DNA of 64,000 nucleotides, from the NCBI GenBank assembly GCA_002490725.1, contig DKUN01000007.1, positions 1,126-65,125 of the forward strand. Reading direction: 5' to 3'. The notes under the pieces were generated by a model that was given only the letters and a program-made list of their open reading frames with translations, searched no databases and was not told the origin of the DNA. Made by a program: the position numbers and the translations under genes. This document shows positions 26,840 to 35,945 of this stretch, in pieces. This DNA comes from Porphyromonadaceae bacterium UBA7203. Its GTDB lineage: Bacteria > Bacteroidota > Bacteroidia > Bacteroidales > Muribaculaceae. Position 1 is the first letter of the stretch; each line of letters opens with the position of its first letter.

Positions 26840-28483
26840 ATGCGCTTTTCTAAAACTATAGTAATTGCTGCCGCAATGATCGGCGGCGCCGCACAAGCCG
26901 GTGCAGACATTCCCTCACTGAAGACAAAAGGAGAAGTTCTGCAGATTCTTCATGACGGATACAGGCAGCAATTTCCATGGATAGTGAGCCCTGACGTCGC
27001 AGTCGACACCATCGTCACTACGGCGATGAATGTGACTCTGATTTCACCTGTAGATACCTTGAAGATAAACACCGGCGCGGAATGGAGCGCTACCGACGTA
27101 GCCGTGATTACGGAGAAAGGCGACACCGCCCTGACCCGCATAGTGCGCCGTCCGGCCGATGTCTACACCTATCCCGACCAAAACATCGGCGGCAAACTGC
27201 TCGGCAATAGAATAACCCGCAGGCAGGCCCGCTTTGACCTCGATGCCCTGATGAACGCTCTGCGCGAAATCCACCCCGACATCTACTCCGTATGCGGCCA
27301 GGAAAAACTGCTGACGCGCTTCAACGAGGTCAGTGAGTCGCTGCCCGACACGCTGACCACCGTAGAATTCTACAAGGCTGCGGCTCCTTTGGTGAGCATG
27401 ATAGGCGACGGCCACACCATGCTGCGCTTCCCCTATAACGATGTGTTCACACAGGAACTGTTGCGGCTGCCGTTATTTGTCGATGTGAAGTCCGACCGCA
27501 CGCTGAAAGCCGCAACCTGCATAGACTCCATCGTGCCTGCAGGAGCCGACATCCTCTCGATCAACGGCAAAAGCGCCGGCCGGATGATTGAAGAGATGCT
27601 CCCCTATGTCAGCGGCGAGCGCGACTTCTACAAGGTTATGCGCTTAGACAATGAGTTTGCGGCACTGTTCGAGATGCTCTATGGCGGCCAAGACTCATAT
27701 GAGGTTGAATTCACCGCACCGGGAAAGAAAAAAGTCGAAAACGCCGTGCTTCCGGCATCCCGGTTTCGCGACCTTGCGGAACGCTGCCCCAAACGGAAAT
27801 CACCGGCTCCAAAGGCCGACTACTCCTACACGATTGACGCAAACCGAGGCGTGGCGGTGATGGACTTCCGCCGGTTTCACGGCTCGCCGCGGCAGATGAC
27901 GCAGTTCTGCGACTCGATGTTTGCCGACATGAAAGCGCGAGGCATCGACCGGCTGATTATCGACGTGCGCAACAACGGCGGCGGCAACTCGGCCATCGGC
28001 GACGTGCTGCTCCGCTATATCTCGCCGGTGCCGTTCACCCAGTTCAGCCTGACTCTGGTCAACCGCAGCGCCAGAGTGCTCCGCATGATCGGCAACTCCG
28101 ACTTCCACCCTGCGGTAAAACTCTACCGAACCTCTGCCAATAATTACATCATGCCCCTCGATGCCGACAAAGGCCATTTTGACGGTAAAGTCATTCTCCT
28201 GACAAGCAATCACACATTCTCGTCGGCTGCGTCATTCTCATGGGCCTTCAAGCACTTCGGATGCGGCCGGGTTGTCGGCGAGGAGAGCGGCGGCATGAAC
28301 GTGGCCTATGGCGACATACTCACCTGGTTCGCCCCGGTTTCGGGCCTGGCATGCACAATTTCGTGGAAAAGGTTCTGGCATCCCGGAGCTGACGAGACCG
28401 ACATCCACGGCACCCTGCCCGACGTGAAAACGACTGCCGACGAAGCTCTCTCGACCGCACTCAACATGATGACAACACTCTAA
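26840..28483 (+). CDS. S41 family peptidase (tail-specific-protease-like), secreted
   Basis: 547 aa with a signal peptide. RLIIDVRNNGGGNS and LLTSNHTFSSAASF are typical of S41 peptidases. Confidence 0.8.
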   Translation: MRFSKTIVIAAAMIGGAAQAGADIPSLKTKGEVLQILHDGYRQQFPWIVSPDVAVDTIVTTAMNVTLISPVDTLKINTGAEWSATDVAVITEKGDTALTRIVRRPADVYTYPDQNIGGKLLGNRITRRQARFDLDALMNALREIHPDIYSVCGQEKLLTRFNEVSESLPDTLTTVEFYKAAAPLVSMIGDGHTMLRFPYNDVFTQELLRLPLFVDVKSDRTLKAATCIDSIVPAGADILSINGKSAGRMIEEMLPYVSGERDFYKVMRLDNEFAALFEMLYGGQDSYEVEFTAPGKKKVENAVLPASRFRDLAERCPKRKSPAPKADYSYTIDANRGVAVMDFRRFHGSPRQMTQFCDSMFADMKARGIDRLIIDVRNNGGGNSAIGDVLLRYISPVPFTQFSLTLVNRSARVLRMIGNSDFHPAVKLYRTSANNYIMPLDADKGHFDGKVILLTSNHTFSSAASFSWAFKHFGCGRVVGEESGGMNVAYGDILTWFAPVSGLACTISWKRFWHPGADETDIHGTLPDVKTTADEALSTALNMMTTL

Positions 28484-28485
28484 CC

Positions 28486-29175
28486 ATGACCTGCAACATG
28501 ATTAAAACCGACAAACTTTGCAAAGTGTTTAGCACCGACGAGATTGAAACGCACGCACTGACCAACGTGAATTTCACGGTGAAGAAGGGCGAATTCGTAG
28601 CCGTGATGGGCCCGTCGGGCTGCGGCAAGTCAACGCTGCTCAACATTATAGGCCTGCTCGACAACCCGACCTCGGGCAGCTACATGCTGTTCGGCCATGA
28701 AGTGGCCGGCCTGCGCGAAAGCGGGCGCACAAAGTTCCGCAAGGGGCGCATCGGCTTCGTGTTTCAGAGTTTCAACCTCATCGACGAGCTGACCGTTGAG
28801 CAGAACGTGGAGTTGCCGCTGACTTACCTGGGGCTCCCGGCCGCCGAACGTCGCCGCCGTGTTGAGCGGATGCTCGAGCGAGTGCGCATTTCCCACCGCC
28901 GCAAGCATCTGCCCGCTCAGCTGTCGGGCGGCCAGCAGCAGCGTGTGGCCGTGGCCCGCGCGCTGATAACGGAGCCTGAACTGATTCTGGCCGACGAACC
29001 CACTGGCAACCTCGACTCGAAAAACGGGCGCGAGGTGATGGAGCTGCTGTCGGAACTCAACGCCGACGGCACCACCATAGTCATGGTGACCCACTCGGAG
29101 CGCGACGCAGCCTACGCCCACCGAATCGTAAACCTCTTTGACGGATGTATAATATCGGAGGTGACATGCGGCTGA
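28486..29175 (+). CDS. ABC transporter ATP-binding protein (MacB/LolD-type)
   Basis: Walker [10 protein letters not shown], signature LSGGQQQRV, Walker B LILADEPT. It starts 3 nt after the S41 stop. Confidence 0.9.
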   Translation: MTCNMIKTDKLCKVFSTDEIETHALTNVNFTVKKGEFVAVMGPSGCGKSTLLNIIGLLDNPTSGSYMLFGHEVAGLRESGRTKFRKGRIGFVFQSFNLIDELTVEQNVELPLTYLGLPAAERRRRVERMLERVRISHRRKHLPAQLSGGQQQRVAVARALITEPELILADEPTGNLDSKNGREVMELLSELNADGTTIVMVTHSERDAAYAHRIVNLFDGCIISEVTCG

Positions 29176-31517
29176 GACTGATTCTGCAGACCCTGGCGGC
29201 GCAGCCGTGGCTCACCGCCTTCAAGGTGCTGGCCCTCGGCGTGGGGCTCGCCATTGGCAGTTTTCTGCTGATGCGCGTCGAGCACGACCATAGCATTGAC
29301 CGCTGCTTTCCCGACTACGGGCGCATTTATCAGCTCTGGACGGTAATCGACGAGGATGGCAAACCGCAGCTGCGCCTGCCCGGAGTGCTCAACGGAGCTT
29401 TTCCCGACGAAATACGCCGCAAGCTCGACAAGTATGTCGAAACAGTCACGCTGACTAACGGCAGCCTGACCTGCGACCTGACTACCGACGACGGGAAAAC
29501 GGAAACGGCGACAATTCACAACATCGACAAGTTTTTTTTCGACACTTTCGGGCTCAAGATTCTTGCGGGGCGGAAATCGGTCGACGGCTTGGGCGAGAAA
29601 GCCATCTGGTTCAACAGCGAGGAGGCACAGCGCTTTTTCGGCAACGACAGCCCCGAAGGCCACTCGCTGAAAGTCAGCTCGATGGCAGGCAAGGCGGTCG
29701 GCACGTTCGAAACCATCCCCGAGGAGTCAACCCTGGCTAATCTCACCATTCTGAGCCTGAACCCTGAAGCGTCGGAGCACGGCGGCAAAACCTATGCCAA
29801 GCTCAAAAAGGGCGCCGACGCCGCGGAGTTCAACCGCGAGCTGGCCAAACTGTGGCAGAGCGTAACCCCCGACACGGAGGGAATGAGCATGACCGTTGAG
29901 GCCGCGCCGCTGACCGACACCTACCACGCCTCCGGGCAGATGCAGCGCATAACGCTGACTCTCGTAGTGCTGGCCGGACTGTTGATTTTCGTCACGGCGA
30001 TGAACTACGTGCTGCTGTCGCTCGCCGGCACGTCGCGCCGCGCCAAGGCCGTGGGCGTGCAGAAGTGTAGCGGCGCGTCATCCCTGTCAATCGTCGCGAC
30101 CTTCGCGGCCGAAACGGCCCTGCTGATGCTCGCCGCGCTCGCGGTGGTGGCCGCGCTCTACTATGGCTCCGAGCGGTGGTTTGCCGACTCGCTGGGCTAC
30201 TCGGTTACGCAATATGTCAGCCTCAAGCGCCTGTGGGTGCTCGGCGCGGTGATGGCGGCGGTGTTCGCGGCATCGGCGCTGGTGCCGGGCGTGATGATGG
30301 CGCGCATTCCGGCGGCCCACGTGTTTCGCAGCTTCAGGCAGAAACGCGGTGCATGGAAAATAGCCTTGCTTGCCCTCGAAATCGCTGCGGCGGCGTTCGC
30401 CCTCGGCCTGACTGCAGTGGCCGCGCGCCAATACGCGCACATAACAGAAGGCGACCGCGGCTTCAACCGCGAGCGCCTGGCGCTGCTCGGCATCGGCATG
30501 GGGCGCAACGCCAACGCTCTCAACAGTCTTGTCACTCCCCTGCCCTACGTCGAGGCGACCTCGTGGATCAACCTGCCTCCCGGCACTTTTGCCAGCGACT
30601 GGCGCGACCGTTTCTATCTCACCGACGGCAGCCACCGCGAAATCGAGGCCACTCACCCAATAGCGCAGACCAACGTGTTCAGCTTCCTGCAGATTCCGCT
30701 GCTTGCGGGCCGCATCGAGGGAGTGGAGCTGAGAGAGGAGTCGTGGAACTTCAAGTCGTTCGAGAAGCGCGACGTGGCCGACGTGGCCGTCAGCCGGAAG
30801 TTCGCCGAGCGGATGGGATGCACGCCTGAACAGGCCGTAGGGCGCACCATTACGCGCGGCGAGGCCGACGAGGCCTACTGTCAGCCCATGCACATCGCCG
30901 CCGTGTGCGAAGACATCAAATATGGCGGATACTTCCTGCCTGACCAGCCGGCGGTTTACCGTCTTCACCGCGACGGCACCGTCACGGGCCGGATGATGGT
31001 GAGGCTCCGGGAGCCGTTCGAGGCCAATCTTGAGCGCCTGCGCCGCGACGTGGCCGAGGCGTTTCCGGGCGAAGACATCGACGTCGACGACTACGCCGGG
31101 CTGATGCGCGAACCCTATCGCGAAATCAACTCGTTCAGAATTCTGGCCATGCTCTCGTCGGCGGTGATTATGCTGATTGCGGCAATGGGGCTGCTCGCCT
31201 ATCTGCGCGACGAGATTGCCCGCCGCACCAAAGAGATTGCCGTGCGCAAAATCAACGGCGCCTCGTCGGCCGACATCATAAAGATGCTCGCCATGTCGGT
31301 AATCAAGGTGGCGGTTCCGGCCGCGGCTGCCGGCGCTGCCGGCGCCGCCATGGTTGGCAGCCGGTGGATGGAACAATTCGACTCAAAGGCAGGCAGCGGC
31401 ACGGCCGAGCCCTGGCAGGCGGCGTTGGCGCTGCTGATTGCAGTGGTTGTGGCCGTAGTCATGTTGGCGCTGCGCACCGCACTGGCCAATCCGAGCGAAT
31501 CGCTCCGCAGCGAGTAG
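29166..31517 (+). CDS. ABC transporter permease, FtsX/MacB family (double FtsX domain with large periplasmic domains)
   Basis: Start taken at [15 protein letters not shown]. About 783 aa, with two blocks of 4 TM segments in the FtsX pattern. It overlaps the ATPase gene by 10 nt. Confidence 0.85.
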   Translation: MRLRLILQTLAAQPWLTAFKVLALGVGLAIGSFLLMRVEHDHSIDRCFPDYGRIYQLWTVIDEDGKPQLRLPGVLNGAFPDEIRRKLDKYVETVTLTNGSLTCDLTTDDGKTETATIHNIDKFFFDTFGLKILAGRKSVDGLGEKAIWFNSEEAQRFFGNDSPEGHSLKVSSMAGKAVGTFETIPEESTLANLTILSLNPEASEHGGKTYAKLKKGADAAEFNRELAKLWQSVTPDTEGMSMTVEAAPLTDTYHASGQMQRITLTLVVLAGLLIFVTAMNYVLLSLAGTSRRAKAVGVQKCSGASSLSIVATFAAETALLMLAALAVVAALYYGSERWFADSLGYSVTQYVSLKRLWVLGAVMAAVFAASALVPGVMMARIPAAHVFRSFRQKRGAWKIALLALEIAAAAFALGLTAVAARQYAHITEGDRGFNRERLALLGIGMGRNANALNSLVTPLPYVEATSWINLPPGTFASDWRDRFYLTDGSHREIEATHPIAQTNVFSFLQIPLLAGRIEGVELREESWNFKSFEKRDVADVAVSRKFAERMGCTPEQAVGRTITRGEADEAYCQPMHIAAVCEDIKYGGYFLPDQPAVYRLHRDGTVTGRMMVRLREPFEANLERLRRDVAEAFPGEDIDVDDYAGLMREPYREINSFRILAMLSSAVIMLIAAMGLLAYLRDEIARRTKEIAVRKINGASSADIIKMLAMSVIKVAVPAAAAGAAGAAMVGSRWMEQFDSKAGSGTAEPWQAALALLIAVVVAVVMLALRTALANPSESLRSE

Positions 31518-31519
31518 CG

Positions 31520-32545
31520 TCAGCGCAGATTGAAGCGGGCAACCACCGCACGATGGTCGCTGGGCCAGATGCCGAGCGGAGCTACAATGTCGCGTTTGCC
31601 CCATTCCTGCAGCGTCCGCTCTCCGCGAACTATATCTTCCTGCGGGCCGACAATATAGACCCGGAGCAGTTCAAGGCTTTCGTCGGGAACGTAAAACACG
31701 TAGTCAATGCGGTCGCGCTCGTCGGCCTTCATGGCCCACGACAGCCGCTTCACCTCGGCGTCGGGATTGGACGACGGGTAAGTGTAGCCCGGATGAGTCA
31801 GCGGGTCGGGCCACATCTGCCTGTAGGCATCGACCAGACCGCCCTCGCGCAGAATCCTGACTGACGGCCAATCGATTACCACACCGCGATGGTCGGCAGT
31901 CGACGCCGTTGCTTCCGTCCAGTCCTGGCCCGACGGCTCGTTGAGATCGCCGGCAAAAAAGACAAGGCTGCCACAGTCGCGCTCGCGGGCAATATCAGCC
32001 ACAGCCGCCTCTGCGGCCTCGTCACGGAGCGACAGCAGATTGCGCCTCATCAGCTCCGCCTCGTCCGTAACCGGCTCGATTTCGCTCCAGTCAACGCCTG
32101 AATATCCGCGCGGCTCATAATAAGTATCATTCTGATAATCGAAATGAGCCGTATAGGCCGCAATGCGCCTGCCGTCGATATAGGTTACGAGTTTATAGAC
32201 CGAGCCGTGGTCATCTTTCAGCGGAAAGACGGTTGCGGAGTCAGCGACTTCAGTCCGGCTAAGCAAGCCGGTGTCAGACGAATAGAACGAATGGTACTCA
32301 TATCCGCGTTCGGCAAGGGCCTGAACGATGCGGTCACAGAAGCGGGTGCCGCGATAGTTGCGGACCTCGCTGAGCATTACCAGGTCGGGCTGCTGGCGGG
32401 CAATCTCGTCGGCCATGGCGTCAAAACCGCCGGGAATCATAGTTCCCTCCTGCCACACATTGAACTGCATCACACATATCTCACGCGCCATCGCTGATGA
32501 AGCGATGAGTAAAAAGGCTAAAACCGTTGTCAATACATTTTTCAT
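31520..32545 (-). CDS. endonuclease/exonuclease/phosphatase (EEP) family protein, secreted
   Basis: Start taken at MKNVLTTVLAFLLIASSAMA. Motifs: VMQFNVWQEG, LVMLSEV, AGDLNE and the C-terminal SDHRAV. The longer ORF-track version (to 32752) runs through the promoter and tRNA region and is not credible. Confidence 0.8.
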   Translation of the reverse strand: MKNVLTTVLAFLLIASSAMAREICVMQFNVWQEGTMIPGGFDAMADEIARQQPDLVMLSEVRNYRGTRFCDRIVQALAERGYEYHSFYSSDTGLLSRTEVADSATVFPLKDDHGSVYKLVTYIDGRRIAAYTAHFDYQNDTYYEPRGYSGVDWSEIEPVTDEAELMRRNLLSLRDEAAEAAVADIARERDCGSLVFFAGDLNEPSGQDWTEATASTADHRGVVIDWPSVRILREGGLVDAYRQMWPDPLTHPGYTYPSSNPDAEVKRLSWAMKADERDRIDYVFYVPDESLELLRVYIVGPQEDIVRGERTLQEWGKRDIVAPLGIWPSDHRAVVARFNLR

Positions 32546-32550
32546 AACCG

Positions 32551-32558
32551 CAAATTTA
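32551..32558 (-). promoter_or_regulatory. -7 promoter box for the EEP gene
   Basis: The - strand reads taaatttg. The motif ends 5 nt upstream of ATG 32545. Confidence 0.4.
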
Positions 32559-32590
32559 CAAATTGTTTTGCAAATCTGAGTAAAAAAACG

Positions 32591-32598
32591 TAACTTTG
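32591..32598 (+). promoter_or_regulatory. -7 promoter box for the tRNA gene
   Basis: taactttg, 13 nt upstream of the predicted tRNA 5' end. Confidence 0.5.
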
Positions 32599-32611
32599 CG
32601 CCCGATTGGAC

Positions 32612-32683
32612 GCCCCTGTAGTTCAACGAATAGAATAGATGATTCCGGTTCATCCGATCAGGGTTTGATTCCCTGCGGGGGTA
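32612..32683 (+). tRNA. tRNA-Arg (anticodon CCG), atypical (A19:U56, G1.U72; no encoded CCA)
   Basis: Hand-folded cloverleaf: acceptor gcccctg/cgggggt, D arm gttc-aacgaata-gaat, anticodon arm gatga-ttCCGgt-tcatc, variable loop cgat, T arm caggg-tttgatt-ccctg, discriminator A. U8, A14, A20 and A21 are present. It has its own promoter box and downstream hairpins. Confidence 0.55.
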
Positions 32684-32688
32684 CAAGA

Positions 32689-32726
32689 ACGACGAATCCC
32701 GAGGCCTACGCCCCGGGATTTGTCGT
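32689..32726 (+). terminator. long hairpin immediately 3' of the tRNA
   Basis: acgacgaatcccgagg - cctacg - ccccgggatttgtcgt (16 bp with one mismatch and one G.U), followed by tt. Confidence 0.4.
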
Positions 32727-32754
32727 TTAAAGCCAATGAGCCGACTACACACAA

Positions 32755-32780
32755 CGAAAGAGCCCGCAGGGGCTCTTTCG
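32755..32780. terminator. hairpin terminator shared by pgk (- strand) and the tRNA unit (+ strand)
   Basis: Perfect 11-bp stem cgaaagagccc / gggctctttcg with loop gcag, 30 nt downstream of the pgk stop. Confidence 0.6.
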
Positions 32781-32809
32781 TCCTATATAGCAAGCTGTTT
32801 GCGCAGCTA

Positions 32810-34054
32810 TTACTTAACAGCAGCGATGCCGGGAAGAATCTTGCCTTCGATGGCTTCGAGCAGAGCGCCGCCACCGGTTGAAACGTAGCTCACCTCGTCG
32901 GCCAGACCGAACTTGTTGACGCAGGCAACTGAGTCACCGCCGCCAACGAGCGAGAATGCGCCGTTCTTGGTAGCTTTGACGATAGCGTCGGCAATTGCGC
33001 GCGAACCGCCGGTGAAGTTTTCGAACTCAAACACGCCTGCGGGGCCGTTCCAGAGAATGGTCTTGGCGGGCTCGATAGCGGCAGCGAAAGCCTTGCTGCT
33101 CTCGGGGCCGGCATCCATGCCTTCCCAGCCTTCGGGAATATCCATTACCGAGCAAATCTGAGTATTGGCATCGTTCGAGAAAGCGTCGGCTGCAACGCAG
33201 TCGGTGCCGAGCACGAGGTTCACGCCCTTTTCCTTGGCCTTCTTCATGATGTCGAGAGCGAGGTCGAGCTTGTCGTTCTCGCAGATGCTCTGGCCGATAT
33301 TGCCGCCCATGGCCTTGGCAAAGGTATAGGTCATGCCGCCGCAGAGAATCAGGTTGTCGACCTTATCCATGAGGTTTTCGATGATGCCGATTTTGGTCGA
33401 TACTTTCGAGCCGCCCATGATTGCGGTGAAGGGACGCTTGATGTTGCTGAGAATGTTGTCAACGGCCTGCACTTCCTTTTCCATCAGGTAGCCGAGCATC
33501 TTGTCTTCGGGCTTGAAGTTATCGGCAATAACGGCGGTAGAGGCGTGCTTGCGGTGAGCGGTACCGAAAGCATCGTTGACATAAACGTCGGCATAGCCGG
33601 CAAGATGCTTGGCAAAAGCCTTCTGGGCAACCTTCATGGCAGCATTGGCTTCGTCATATGCGGGATCGGCCTTGTCGATGCCTACGGGCTTGCCCTCTTC
33701 CTCGGGATAGAAACGGAGGTTTTCGAGCAGGAGCACCTGGCCGGGCTTGAGGGCAGCGGCCTGAGCGTCGGCATTGGCGCAGTCGGGGGCGAACTCAACG
33801 TCGGTGCCGAGAGCTTTGGCAACCACGTCCTTGATCTGGCCGAGCGAGAATTTGGGGTTTACTTTGCCTTTGGGCTTGCCCATGTGGCTCATGATGATGA
33901 GCGAGCCGCCGTCGGCAAGAATTTTTTTGAGGGTGGGCAGTGCGCCGCGGATACGGGTGTCGTCGGTGACGTTGCCATTCTCATCCAGGGGCACATTGAA
34001 GTCAACGCGGACAATCGCCTTTTTACCGGCGAAATTGTAATTGTCGATTTTCAT
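32810..34054 (-). CDS. pgk: phosphoglycerate kinase
   Basis: 414 aa: [24 protein letters not shown]..., [13 protein letters not shown]. Confidence 0.95.
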   Translation of the reverse strand: MKIDNYNFAGKKAIVRVDFNVPLDENGNVTDDTRIRGALPTLKKILADGGSLIIMSHMGKPKGKVNPKFSLGQIKDVVAKALGTDVEFAPDCANADAQAAALKPGQVLLLENLRFYPEEEGKPVGIDKADPAYDEANAAMKVAQKAFAKHLAGYADVYVNDAFGTAHRKHASTAVIADNFKPEDKMLGYLMEKEVQAVDNILSNIKRPFTAIMGGSKVSTKIGIIENLMDKVDNLILCGGMTYTFAKAMGGNIGQSICENDKLDLALDIMKKAKEKGVNLVLGTDCVAADAFSNDANTQICSVMDIPEGWEGMDAGPESSKAFAAAIEPAKTILWNGPAGVFEFENFTGGSRAIADAIVKATKNGAFSLVGGGDSVACVNKFGLADEVSYVSTGGGALLEAIEGKILPGIAAVK

Positions 34055-34094
34055 TTTTTATTACTTGTAATTAAGGTGTGTTGGTTAGTTGGCG

Positions 34095-34102
34095 CAAATT
34101 TA
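34095..34102 (-). promoter_or_regulatory. -7 promoter box for pgk
   Basis: The - strand reads taaatttg, about 41 nt upstream of ATG 34054. Confidence 0.5.
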
Positions 34103-34112
34103 CAAAAATAAT

Positions 34113-34155
34113 CGCGAAAAGCCGATGTGTTGGCGCGTAATTTTTTTACATCGGC
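34113..34155 (-). terminator. terminator after the GH84 gene
   Basis: Stem gccgatgt / acatcggc, followed on the - strand by ttttcgcg. It starts 3 nt after the stop. Confidence 0.5.
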
Positions 34156-34157
34156 CC

Positions 34158-35822
34158 TCACCACCCGCGAAAGTCGCGGCTATAGGCGGCCAGGAGGTCG
34201 TCGAGAGCGCGGTCAATAAAGGGCTGGAGTTTGAGCGAGCCCGACTTGTGGGCCACATAGGCGGCCCTGTCGGCCGGAGTCATGTAGATTGCCGCATGGC
34301 GCGCGGAAAATTCCTCGGGGGCCAGACCCTTGTAGTCGCGTATCAGCTCCATCGTCGCAATGCCGCGACGTCCCAGTTTTTCAAACTCCGCAAGCCAGGG
34401 TTCGAGCTCGGCAAGGAGCGCCCGGTTGCCGCACTTGGCGCGGATTTCGGCCGGAGCGGCGGCTATGCGCTGAAACTCGTCCATCAGCGGCTGCCAGCCC
34501 TTGGCGGCCTTGCCGTCGCCGATGCGGAACGTTTCGGTCTGCCACGACTCGTCGCGGCGATAGCCGGTCTCCGTGTCGCAGTTATGAATGGCAAAGGTGC
34601 GGTATGCCTCATAGCAGTCGGGCATAAGTTCACGCAGGCCCCGTTCCCAGCTCCCGGCCGGATCGTAGGCCGCAGGATTCCAGGAGTAGTCGGCCACACC
34701 ATAGAGGCCGAGTTTCGAGGCCTCGCCATGCTCCATCGGGTTGCTCACCACTGCACACACCTCGCTCTCGGTCAGCGACGTGTCGAGCCCGTAGGCCGGG
34801 CCCTGGAGCAGATAGTTGCGCGCATAGTCGGTCACGGGCCAGTTCCACCAGTAGAAGCCGGGGCGCTTCACGAGAGCGTTGAAAAAGTCCATCGTGTCGC
34901 GCGTCAGGTCGGAACATACAAAGTCGCCGGTGTACATGACGTCGATTTCAGGCAGGAGCGTGCGCCCGTAGATGGCGCTGGCGCCATTCTCGGTCGGATT
35001 GGCCCACAGGCGCGAATAGTCGGTCGGGCAGACGGCGAGATTGCTCACGCCCTTATGGGTTCTGACAAAGTCTTCGGTCAGATTGTTGAGCAGCTCGCAC
35101 TGGCGGTAGGGATTGGTGCCCTCGCCCTCGATGTCGTCGAAGAAAATGGCAAACGAGCGCACCCCGAGGTCATACATCATCTCGAACTTGCAGAGCAGGC
35201 TGTCATAGTCCTGCTTATCCCAGCGTATATCCTTGCCGGGGTGTATTGCCCAGACAAAGTCGACGTGGTTGCGTCCGCACGCCTCGACCAGCTCGCGGAT
35301 GTTGCGCGCCTGGTCGGCCGGATACGGCTCGCGCCAATGGGGCGACGAATGATACGGGTCATCTTTGGGGCCGTAGATATACGTGTTGAGCTTGTTACGT
35401 CCATAAAAGTCAATCAGCGAGAGGCGCACTTCGTGGCTCCACGGGGCGCCATAAAAGCCCTCGACAACGCCGCGACGGCCTATTTCGGGCCAGTCGTTTA
35501 CGGTCATGCACGGGAGCGAGTCGGCGGGAACGGACTCGAGAATCCGGGCCAGGGTCTGCCGGCCGTAAAAGACGCCGCGCTCGTCATAGCCGTGAATGCG
35601 GGCGCCGCGAGGGCCGATTGTGAGCGTGTAGGCGCCGGAGCGGGGCTTCACGTCATTGCCGGGTCCGACCGTTGCGGTCACCTTGAGTTTCGACGCATTG
35701 CGATACTCGCCGGTCAGTTCCATTGAGCGCGGAGTCGGATTAATCACTATAGGCCGGGGCGACGCGGCCCATGCGGTCAGGGCAAGAAAAATGCCCGTCA
35801 GAAGGTTAACAAGTCGTCTCAT
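34158..35822 (-). CDS. glycoside hydrolase family 84 beta-N-acetylglucosaminidase (O-GlcNAcase-like), secreted
   Basis: Start taken at MRRLVNLLTGIFLALTAWA. GVVEGFYGAPWSHE, KLNTYIYGPKDDPYH and the catalytic FAIFFDDIEGEG (DD pair) match GH84. Confidence 0.9.
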   Translation of the reverse strand: MRRLVNLLTGIFLALTAWAASPRPIVINPTPRSMELTGEYRNASKLKVTATVGPGNDVKPRSGAYTLTIGPRGARIHGYDERGVFYGRQTLARILESVPADSLPCMTVNDWPEIGRRGVVEGFYGAPWSHEVRLSLIDFYGRNKLNTYIYGPKDDPYHSSPHWREPYPADQARNIRELVEACGRNHVDFVWAIHPGKDIRWDKQDYDSLLCKFEMMYDLGVRSFAIFFDDIEGEGTNPYRQCELLNNLTEDFVRTHKGVSNLAVCPTDYSRLWANPTENGASAIYGRTLLPEIDVMYTGDFVCSDLTRDTMDFFNALVKRPGFYWWNWPVTDYARNYLLQGPAYGLDTSLTESEVCAVVSNPMEHGEASKLGLYGVADYSWNPAAYDPAGSWERGLRELMPDCYEAYRTFAIHNCDTETGYRRDESWQTETFRIGDGKAAKGWQPLMDEFQRIAAAPAEIRAKCGNRALLAELEPWLAEFEKLGRRGIATMELIRDYKGLAPEEFSARHAAIYMTPADRAAYVAHKSGSLKLQPFIDRALDDLLAAYSRDFRGW

Positions 35823-35829
35823 ACAGGGG

Positions 35830-35837
35830 CAAAGATA
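35830..35837 (-). promoter_or_regulatory. -7 promoter box 7 nt upstream of the GH84 ATG (leaderless-type spacing)
   Basis: The - strand reads tatctttg. The motif ends at 35830 and the ATG is at 35822. Confidence 0.4.
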
Positions 35838-35889
35838 CAAAAAATCAACAAATTCCACACAAAAATTTGCTCACCTCACGAAAAATACG

Positions 35890-35897
35890 TAACTTTG
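35890..35897 (+). promoter_or_regulatory. -7 promoter box for rpsF-rpsR-rplI
   Basis: taactttg, 49 nt upstream of ATG 35946. Confidence 0.55.
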
Positions 35898-35945
35898 CGG
35901 CGCTCAAAAAGCAAAATATCACATTTTTAAACAAACCAAACCAAA

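Noticed and set aside
32546-32752. N-terminal extension of the EEP ORF (track start 32752), and ORF 32650..32874
   Set aside because: The extension has no signal-peptide or protein-like character. It runs across a promoter box, the tRNA-like gene and hairpins. The real start, MKNVL... at 32545, gives a normal signal peptide.
32600-32790. Possible tmRNA, SRP RNA or RNase P RNA in the pgk/EEP intergenic region
   Set aside because: The region is too short for tmRNA or RNase P, and no tag-ORF or conserved SRP/RNase P motifs were seen. A 72-nt cloverleaf explains the T-arm-like sequence.
34089-35726. 545-aa ORF on the + strand
   Set aside because: It is a shadow ORF antisense to the GH84 gene. 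It has no motifs and an Arg/Ala/Gly-rich composition.
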